Position numbers and translations under genes: made by a program
IMG/VR virus record: IMGVR_UViG_3300013005_000034
Coordinates: 9,652-73,651 of that record
Strand: one strand, 5' to 3'
Length of the DNA stretch: 64,000 nucleotides
DNA from: a virus
Shown: piece by piece, positions 57,040 through 64,000 of the stretch
Numbering within the stretch: position 1 is the stretch's first letter
Layout: every line of letters starts with the position of its first letter
The notes under the pieces: model-generated
Seen by the model: the letters and a program-made list of their open reading frames with translations, nothing else
The model's database searches: none
What the model was told of the DNA's origin: nothing

Positions 57040-57749
57040 TATTTTCTTAGTTTTTTAACTAAAAATATTCCACCAACAACTAAAGCTAAACCACCAACAA
57101 CTGCTACCGTAATTCCAACTGCTTTAGGCATACCTAAGAATTTATCACTATCTTCCATTTTTCTACTTGTTGTGTCTATTCTTTGTCTTTCTAAATCTAT
57201 TTTTTGTCTTTCTAAATCTATTTTTTGTTTTTCCAAATCTAATCCGCTTTCTTTACCTTGAGATTTTTCCAAATTGTATTTGTCTTGAACTTCTGAAATA
57301 CATTTTTGATATGCTTTCTTTTTGTCGCCACATTTACCACCAAATACACATTTTGGTTTTTTACCGCATCTAAGTTTTGCTAATCTTTCTATTTCAAGTT
57401 TATTAGAATCTTTAGTTGCTGATGCTTGTGCTACTTTACCAATACCTTGTGCAGTATCTCCAACTCCTTTTGCAATTTGTCCTGCTTCCGCATTTGAATA
57501 ATAATAATCCCCATTCGCACTTAAATAATATCCGTATGGAGTTGATTCATAAACTTCATTTCCTGCCATAAAATAATTAGGGACTACTGGATTTCTAAAG
57601 TTATTCATTTCATCAAACGCAGGGTATCTTGCCGAACCCCCAAAACTATCTTCTAATCTATCGCCTTGTGGCAATAAAGTTGGAACATAGTCCACTAAGT
57701 TTGAAAAACTTTGGTCTAATTTATTTGTATTTGTTAAATCTAACGCCAT
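57039..57749 (-). CDS. C-terminally anchored membrane protein (KFLGMPKA family)
   Basis: Same anchor; N-terminus LDLTNTNKLDQSFSN; CGKKP motif. Confidence 0.72.
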   Translation of the reverse strand: MALDLTNTNKLDQSFSNLVDYVPTLLPQGDRLEDSFGGSARYPAFDEMNNFRNPVVPNYFMAGNEVYESTPYGYYLSANGDYYYSNAEAGQIAKGVGDTAQGIGKVAQASATKDSNKLEIERLAKLRCGKKPKCVFGGKCGDKKKAYQKCISEVQDKYNLEKSQGKESGLDLEKQKIDLERQKIDLERQRIDTTSRKMEDSDKFLGMPKAVGITVAVVGGLALVVGGIFLVKKLRK

Positions 57750-57760
57750 GATTTTTTATT

Positions 57761-59896
57761 TTATACTAATTTATAATAAGGTCTTAAATAACATTTTTCG
57801 AGTTTAATTGCACCTACAATTTGATAAGGGTAATTAGGTTTGCAACCAATAATTTCAGTTAATTTTTCGCAAGATATTTCGCCATTGAAAAGATTTGATT
57901 TTACCATTTCTTCTATGCTATCCAATTTAATTGATTCTTTTCTTTTTTTCAATTCCTCTTTTAGAGTTTGAATATCATCTTCTGTATTTTCAAATCTTGA
58001 AAGATTAATAATAGCATCGGTTAAAGCATCATTAGAGTATTCTGAAAAATTGCCAACACTACCGCCTATTTCATAAATATTATTTGAGTACAATACATAA
58101 GAGTTTGTGTTCCCGTATCTTTCCATTAATCCACTACCTTCAAACTCTTTTCTTTTAATTTCATTCAAAGTATTGAAATAAGGGCTAACTACTTGTATTC
58201 TATTATCACTATAAGTTTTTGATGCAGTTACTCCATCATAGTTTTTATTTATATAATCTATTTTCTTTTGTAGATTTGAAATATCTTCCTCTTTAGATTG
58301 TTTTTGTCTTTCTATAATTATTTCAATTGCTCTTTTTGCTACTAAAATTCTTTCATTAATCCACTTATAAGCTAAAGGTCTTGCGTATTGAGGTTTAAAT
58401 CCACTTCCGATAATTTTTGAAGGTCTAATTTCTTTATTATCAAGTTGTAATTTTAAATCTTGATATTCCCTTATTTCTTTTTCAAATTTTTCAATAGTAG
58501 GTTTAGTTGCCCACCTTGATTCATCTGTATAGAAATTAGCTTGTTTTTCAATATCATTCATATCTATTTCTCCAACCCCACCGCCATTAGCGTATTTATT
58601 TTTAAATTCTTTTTCAGCTTTTTTTATAGCATATTCAAATGTTTGTGCGCCTAAAACTCTACCCATAGGTTTGCCATTAATTGCAACTTCCCACATATCA
58701 CTACCTCCAACTCTTTGAACAGAGATATTGTCTTTTTTGAAAACCTTATCTTTTGTAAAAGGTCGCTCAATCCCACCACCATTAGCGTATTTCTTTCCGT
58801 TTTTAGCATCTTCTAAAAGAATATTAAGATTTTCTCTTGAAGTTTCTATATCTCCATCACCATCACTACCCATATCATTATCAACTTCAAATTGTTCTTG
58901 CAAAACATCTTCTTTTTGTTCTTTTGATAATTTTTGGTATATGTTATATGCTTCAATAGATTGGTCTTGTAGCATTTCCAATAATTTCAATTTCCAGTTA
59001 AAATCATCATTAATGAAATTAGATTTTGCATATAAATCATTTATCTTGTTTTCAATTTCTCCTCCATCTCTATACCAATCGCCAAACCAACCCTCTTTTT
59101 TGTATTCTTTCCATTCACGCTTTCTTTTATATTTTTGTTCGTGTGGTTCTTGCGACTTGAACAAATTATCTCTGCCTGAATTTATTCCACCGCCTTTAGC
59201 GTATGTTCCTTTTTCATAAAAATCAATATCAATTACTTTTTGCATATTTTCATTTGGATATACTCCTACATCAAACATTTTTCCTACAAAATAATTACGA
59301 GCTTGTTCTTCGGTTGTAGTTGAGCTTACATTAGTTTCATAATTATATTTTGAGTCTGCGAATTTAACTCTTACCATTCCTAAAGATTTAGTGTAGTCAT
59401 TCATTTCGCCTCCATTTTCGTATTCTTCAAAATCCTTTAATTGATTTAAAGATAACTCAATAGGTCTTAATCCATAAGGTTCTGCATCTAAACCATAATC
59501 AAAAGTATAACCTAATTGTTCTAAATCTCCTTCTAATTTTTTCAGGTTATCATAATCCCATTCATTTCCACCCATTTCGTAATACATATTAAAAATAGAT
59601 GAAACATTTTCAGGCATTAATTCATAATATTGAAATAAATCAACAAATTGAGAATCTACCATTCTATTTAAAACAGCATTTTTAATGCTTTCAGGAACGC
59701 TATCTAATTTAGTTCCTAAATGTTCGCCCATTTCAACTTCTGTATAATCTCCAATATACTGATTAAATCCCTCTCCACCCTCACTCATTCCATAAACCGC
59801 CCCATCAGGAGTAAAAACGGTATATCTATCGTAAGTTTCTCCGTTATTATCATAAACTTTCGTTATTTCTAATATTCTTTTATCGAGATTATTCAT
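57761..59896 (-). CDS. multidomain putative polyprotein
   Basis: YDN.GET.DRYT domain; six or seven [YF]xxGG motifs; shared C-terminal tag. Confidence 0.75.
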   Translation of the reverse strand: MNNLDKRILEITKVYDNNGETYDRYTVFTPDGAVYGMSEGGEGFNQYIGDYTEVEMGEHLGTKLDSVPESIKNAVLNRMVDSQFVDLFQYYELMPENVSSIFNMYYEMGGNEWDYDNLKKLEGDLEQLGYTFDYGLDAEPYGLRPIELSLNQLKDFEEYENGGEMNDYTKSLGMVRVKFADSKYNYETNVSSTTTEEQARNYFVGKMFDVGVYPNENMQKVIDIDFYEKGTYAKGGGINSGRDNLFKSQEPHEQKYKRKREWKEYKKEGWFGDWYRDGGEIENKINDLYAKSNFINDDFNWKLKLLEMLQDQSIEAYNIYQKLSKEQKEDVLQEQFEVDNDMGSDGDGDIETSRENLNILLEDAKNGKKYANGGGIERPFTKDKVFKKDNISVQRVGGSDMWEVAINGKPMGRVLGAQTFEYAIKKAEKEFKNKYANGGGVGEIDMNDIEKQANFYTDESRWATKPTIEKFEKEIREYQDLKLQLDNKEIRPSKIIGSGFKPQYARPLAYKWINERILVAKRAIEIIIERQKQSKEEDISNLQKKIDYINKNYDGVTASKTYSDNRIQVVSPYFNTLNEIKRKEFEGSGLMERYGNTNSYVLYSNNIYEIGGSVGNFSEYSNDALTDAIINLSRFENTEDDIQTLKEELKKRKESIKLDSIEEMVKSNLFNGEISCEKLTEIIGCKPNYPYQIVGAIKLEKCYLRPYYKLV

Positions 59897-59952
59897 TTAT
59901 TTATTTTTTTTATAAAATTAAAAAAAGTAACTAATATAAATTAGTAAAATAA

Positions 59953-60816
59953 TTATTTTCTTAGTTTTTTTACTAAAAATATTCCACCAACAACTAAAGC
60001 TAATCCACCAACAACTGCTACTGTAATTCCAATTGCTTTAGGCATACCTAAGAATTTATCATTGATAGTTTCAATTTCTTTTTCTATTGTTTTTTCAACA
60101 GTAGATTTATCAATAGTTTCGGAATCTTTTTCTTTTACATCAGACTTATCTGATTTTTTAGGAGTTAATCCTTCTAAACTTTTAACTGATTTTGGTATAG
60201 AAACAGATGTAACTGTCGCTTTAGGCTGCGTACTTGCAGTAACAACATTAGGTGCAACTGTTGTATTTACAGGAGCAGTTACAGGCTTTGGAATAGGAGC
60301 TAAACCTTTGGCTTGTAATTTTAATTGAGCAAGTCCTCCTGATTTTTTAAATTCTCTCCATTTCTTTCTCCAACCCCATTTAATTATACCTTTGTTTGTA
60401 GCCCTACATTTCTCCCAAGATTCTATATTTTTTCTTTGTTCTGCTCTTTTAACAGCTTGATTTCTATTAGTCGCACAACAATCTTTATTGTAGTTTTTAG
60501 ATTTTGAACAATCCCAAAGACATATCACATTAGGGTATTTAATATCTGGATTTAATGGTTTGATACCACATTCCCCAATAGATATTTTAGCTTTACCATA
60601 TTGCGCTTTAAGTTCTAATTTTTTATTTTTAACTAAAGCTCTATACTTTGGTAATTCTTCCTCTGAAACGCCTTCCTCATCTGATGGTTCGGAATCAGTA
60701 TTTTCTTCATCCTCATATTCTTTATCATCTTCGCCATCCGCACTGGAATAAACACCATTAGTGTTTAATATGCTTTCATCAAGACCATCTGCATTTAATA
60801 AGTCTAAATCTCTCAT
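59953..60816 (-). CDS. C-terminally anchored membrane protein (KFLGMPKA family)
   Basis: N-terminus DLDLLNADGLDES; anchor present. Confidence 0.72.
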   Translation of the reverse strand: MRDLDLLNADGLDESILNTNGVYSSADGEDDKEYEDEENTDSEPSDEEGVSEEELPKYRALVKNKKLELKAQYGKAKISIGECGIKPLNPDIKYPNVICLWDCSKSKNYNKDCCATNRNQAVKRAEQRKNIESWEKCRATNKGIIKWGWRKKWREFKKSGGLAQLKLQAKGLAPIPKPVTAPVNTTVAPNVVTASTQPKATVTSVSIPKSVKSLEGLTPKKSDKSDVKEKDSETIDKSTVEKTIEKEIETINDKFLGMPKAIGITVAVVGGLALVVGGIFLVKKLRK

Positions 60817-60848
60817 TTTTAAAAAAATTTTGTTAATAAATTATTTAT

Positions 60849-60874
60849 TGCTCACCTTATTAACAAGGCGAGCA
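60849..60874 (-). terminator. intergenic stem-loop
   Basis: TGCTCACCTT / AAGGCGAGCA. Confidence 0.5.
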
Positions 60875-60918
60875 TTTTATATTTTATTGTAAATCAAACA
60901 ATTATACTATATTAATAT

Positions 60919-61104
60919 TTATTTTGGAATGTTTGTCCATCCTTTTCCTTGTAGCCAATCTAAACAAGGTTTATTTGAACGGTTTTTGTTACAAACTTCT
61001 CCTGCTGCATTTGATTTGGTTTCTCCCTTAGATTTTTTCCATAAGTAGTAACCTATACCTGCTACTGCTACTGCTCCTAATCCGATTAATAAATTTTTTT
61101 TCAT
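60919..61104 (-). CDS. small single-TM protein
   Basis: N-terminal TM; SNAAG motif. Confidence 0.6.
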   Translation of the reverse strand: MKKNLLIGLGAVAVAGIGYYLWKKSKGETKSNAAGEVCNKNRSNKPCLDWLQGKGWTNIPK

Positions 61105-61136
61105 AATTTTTACTTTTTAATTGTTTTTATTGTTTT

Positions 61137-62126
61137 TTATTTTCTTAATTTTTTAACTAAAAATATTCCACCAACGATTAATGCTAAACCGCCTACAATT
61201 GCTACCGTAATTCCAATTGCTTTAGGCATACCTAAGAATTTATCTTCTGCATCATCGCTATCATCTTCTTCTTTTGATTTATCTGTCGCACCACCTGCAT
61301 CATCTTCTGAAGCTGTTTTTTCAACTTCGTTTATAATATCATTATTTGCTTCTGATTCAGATGGCTCGTTACCTGCATCTTCTTTTTTATCACTATCAAA
61401 TTCTTTACCATCGGGAGAGCCTTCTTCAAAAGGATTTTCATCAGCTCCCTCTTTTTTAAATACACCTTTAAGCCATGCGAAAAATGCTCTAATTCCTTTT
61501 ACTTCTTCTTCTTGCGAAGGAACTTCTTCTACATCTCCTTCGGCAGATAATGTTCCCTCTACATAACTATATTCATCACCATCTTGACTATAATAAATAT
61601 TACAATCAGGTGCAAAATATGAATAGAAATCTAAACCATTATTCCCATCTGCTGATTTATAAGGCATTTTTAAAAATCTTTTTTTACTGCCCTCTATAAT
61701 TGCATTTTTAATTTCATCTTCGCTGCCTCCAAGATTTTTCCACTTAGAAACTAATTTACTATAAATAGATTTAGAAGAATTAACGAATTTAGCCTTGTAT
61801 TTTCTTTGCTTTACAACATCAGTATTACCAACAGCAGGATATAATTTAGATGCTACACCATGAATATTATTTTTAATATTAAATAATATTCCTTTTCTCA
61901 TAACTCTACGGAAATTGTTACGAAAATTCTTACCTGCTTTACCTACTTTATCTTTTAAATTAGTAGTTACCTTTTTTATTTTGTCCTTAATTTTATCTTT
62001 ACCTTTTTTAATCTTATCCTTTATTTTATCTTTGCCTTTTTTGAATTTATCTCTTAGCTTTTTTCCAATAGCATCAGAATATTCTTCTCCCAAAAGGTCT
62101 GAATTTATTAAATCTAAATCTTCCAT
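61137..62126 (-). CDS. C-terminally anchored membrane protein (KFLGMPKA family)
   Basis: N-terminus DLDLINSD.L; basic region followed by acidic region; anchor present. Confidence 0.72.
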   Translation of the reverse strand: MEDLDLINSDLLGEEYSDAIGKKLRDKFKKGKDKIKDKIKKGKDKIKDKIKKVTTNLKDKVGKAGKNFRNNFRRVMRKGILFNIKNNIHGVASKLYPAVGNTDVVKQRKYKAKFVNSSKSIYSKLVSKWKNLGGSEDEIKNAIIEGSKKRFLKMPYKSADGNNGLDFYSYFAPDCNIYYSQDGDEYSYVEGTLSAEGDVEEVPSQEEEVKGIRAFFAWLKGVFKKEGADENPFEEGSPDGKEFDSDKKEDAGNEPSESEANNDIINEVEKTASEDDAGGATDKSKEEDDSDDAEDKFLGMPKAIGITVAIVGGLALIVGGIFLVKKLRK

Positions 62127-62146
62127 TTTATTTATTTTTAATTAAT

Positions 62147-62671
62147 TTATTTTCTTATTTTTTTTACTAAAAATATTCCACCAACTATTAAAGCTAAACC
62201 ACCAACAACTGCTACTGTAATTCCAATTGCTTTAGGCATACCTAAGAATTTAGCTGATTCTTCTTTTTCAGGTGCTAATCTTTCTGTGCTTGGTGGTGGA
62301 GGTGCTGTTTCAGTTTTTGTTTCTGATTTTATAACATTTTGAGTGCAAGTTTCATATTTTTCTCTCCTTTTTTTACCTGCTTTCCCTAAAGACAAAACAC
62401 CAATAGGTTTTCTGCCACAAACTGATTTAATCTTTTGTTCAATTTCTGATTTAGGTTTACCTTTTATTAAACCTGCTGCAATACTGGTAGCTTGTTTTAC
62501 TAATTCAGGATTTTCTTTAGCAAATTCACCTACTTTTTTAGCAGCTTCAGCTGCATCACCATTTGAAAAATTTTCTCCATTTGCTCCACAGCAATATGAA
62601 TAATTATCCCCGATAGCATTTGAAATACTTTCGTCAAGACCATTAGCGTTTAATAATTCTAAATCTACCAT
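62147..62671 (-). CDS. C-terminally anchored membrane protein (KFLGMPKA family)
   Basis: N-terminus DLELLNANGLDESISNA; CGRKP motif; anchor present. Confidence 0.72.
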   Translation of the reverse strand: MVDLELLNANGLDESISNAIGDNYSYCCGANGENFSNGDAAEAAKKVGEFAKENPELVKQATSIAAGLIKGKPKSEIEQKIKSVCGRKPIGVLSLGKAGKKRREKYETCTQNVIKSETKTETAPPPPSTERLAPEKEESAKFLGMPKAIGITVAVVGGLALIVGGIFLVKKIRK

Positions 62672-62700
62672 TTTTTTTTTATTTTAATTAATTTTTGTTT

Positions 62701-63141
62701 TTAAACTTTTGTAGTTGCCGAAACATTTGGATTTACTGATGAACTACTTGTTGCACCACCATTTGTTCCTGCTCCTCCCCCTATGCTTATTGTTTTTTTG
62801 TTATTAAAAAATTTTTTATATAATAAATATCCTCCAACAGCCAAAGTTATTCCTACAATACCATAAAATAATAAAGGCTTCATTCCTAATATTTTATCGT
62901 CTTTTTCTTCCTCTTTTTGTTCAAGCCTTTTTGAAAAAGATTGTTTTTCAAAGTTTGGAGTTTCGTAAGATTCATTTTCTTCTTCATCTTCAATTACCTT
63001 TTCAACATCTTCTTTTATTGGTTGAGGATTTTTAGCTCTTTGTGCTGTTTTTTGAATCCTTTCAGTTTTTAAAGAATTTTTTAAATTACTACTATTTGAT
63101 ACTGTTTCGTCAAGTAGATTTGCATTTGCTAATTGTGTCAT
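62701..63141 (-). CDS. membrane protein, divergent family member
   Basis: LANANLLDETVSN; KILGMKP-TM. Confidence 0.65.
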   Translation of the reverse strand: MTQLANANLLDETVSNSSNLKNSLKTERIQKTAQRAKNPQPIKEDVEKVIEDEEENESYETPNFEKQSFSKRLEQKEEEKDDKILGMKPLLFYGIVGITLAVGGYLLYKKFFNNKKTISIGGGAGTNGGATSSSSVNPNVSATTKV

Positions 63142-63175
63142 TTTTCTTTGATTTGTTTTTGGTTTATTTATTTAT

Positions 63176-63886
63176 TTATTTTTTGAATTTTTTCCACATA
63201 AAGAATCCTACTGATAATGCTACAAGAACACCACCTCCAATTAATAATATTTTTCTATTTTTAGATTTAGATTCACTTTCATCTTTCAATCTATTTTGCT
63301 CTGCTAATTTTACTTCCTCTGACTTTGCTTTAGCCTCTGCCTCCGCTTTTTGTAATTGAAATTTTTTCTCAGCATCTTCTGCTTCTTTTTTAGCTTTTGC
63401 TCTTTCAGCAGCACTTTTATTTTCGGCATCAACTTGTGCTTGTTTTGCTTTCAAAGTATCAGCTTGTAATTTTTCAAGTTCAGCAATTTTATTTTTTTTA
63501 AAATCAGGTAATTCAGGAAAATAGTAGTAATTACCCTCTATATCTCCTTTTGTAAAACCTTTATCCTTTGGGTATGGGATTAATTTGTTTCTATCCACCT
63601 TTTTACCTCCTCCCAAATCAACTATTTCTTTTTCTCCTAAAGGAACATTTCCGTCTTTATCAATTCTAATTCCATATAATACAGTTCCATCAATAAATTT
63701 TTTAAATAATCTCTTTCTTTTACCATTCCAAATTGATTCTAAATAAAATCCATCACCTAAATCTTTAACACTTTTTTCGCTTTTTACAACAGAAGCCTCT
63801 GTTTCTACTTTTTCTTTTGCAACTCCTCCTGCTTGACTAAAACTTTCATCAAGACCATTAGCGTTTAATAATTCTAAATTGTTCAT
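63176..63886 (-). CDS. C-terminally anchored coiled-coil membrane protein
   Basis: N-terminus NLELLNANGLDESFS; C-terminal TM. Confidence 0.68.
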   Translation of the reverse strand: MNNLELLNANGLDESFSQAGGVAKEKVETEASVVKSEKSVKDLGDGFYLESIWNGKRKRLFKKFIDGTVLYGIRIDKDGNVPLGEKEIVDLGGGKKVDRNKLIPYPKDKGFTKGDIEGNYYYFPELPDFKKNKIAELEKLQADTLKAKQAQVDAENKSAAERAKAKKEAEDAEKKFQLQKAEAEAKAKSEEVKLAEQNRLKDESESKSKNRKILLIGGGVLVALSVGFFMWKKFKK

Positions 63887-64000
63887 TTTTTTATTTATTT
63901 ATTTTACTATATTGGTTAAAATATCAGCTAATCTATTTATTATTACATCATAGAATACTTTAAAATCAAATTCTGAAACTTTATAATTTAATAGTATAGC

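Larger units (their letters stand above)
52071..59204 (-). repeat. dispersed 16-24 bp repeats encoding YANGGG(V/I)-type linkers
   Basis: CCAACCCCACCGCCATTGGCGTAT at 52071-52094 and 52326-52349; variants at 52546, 58572, 58768 and 59184. Confidence 0.75.
56596..62254 (-). repeat. five near-identical 108-bp repeats encoding the C-terminal anchor
   Basis: Copies at 56596-56703, 57039-57146, 59953-60060, 61137-61244 and 62147-62254. Confidence 0.88.

Noticed and set aside
1-64000. Stop-codon reassignment
   Set aside because: Standard code gives dense, intact ORFs, and TAA, TAG and TGA all end well-supported genes
1-64000. tRNA or rRNA genes and an integron integrase
   Set aside because: No cloverleaf/T-loop pattern and no tyrosine-recombinase R-H-x-x-R-Y motif set seen by eye; tRNAscan-SE and HMM searches were not run

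Overview
An AT-rich, gene-dense segment of a large virus genome. The host is probably a Bacteroidota: TAnnTTTG promoters and A-rich leaders without Shine-Dalgarno sites occur throughout. Two arms converge on a bidirectional terminator at about 24.18 kb. The + strand arm (1-24182) holds many small early genes, an RNA ligase/HAD repair pair, a DUF932-like and a Cas4-like gene, GIY-YIG and HNH endonucleases, an SPFH protein, a VRR-NUC nuclease and replication initiator genes. The - strand arm (24190-64000) holds lysis genes, a stand-alone TnpB element, a sulfotransferase and a glycosyltransferase, fibre/adhesin genes and many membrane-anchored proteins; I recognised no terminase, portal or HK97 capsid. 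Three signals stand out. (1) Two integron-like cassette arrays (7367-8845, about 13435-15531): genes are bracketed by their own GTTA...TAAC inverted repeats and separated by attC-like hairpins, and both arrays end in the same 89-bp site. No integrase is in the window. (2) Putative polyproteins segmented by [YF]xxGG linkers share a C-terminal tag and lie next to a HExxH metalloprotease. (3) An expanded protein family has a near-identical C-terminal membrane anchor and a conserved N-terminal pro-segment, suggesting a lipid-containing virion. All product calls come from motif recognition by eye; no searches were run.
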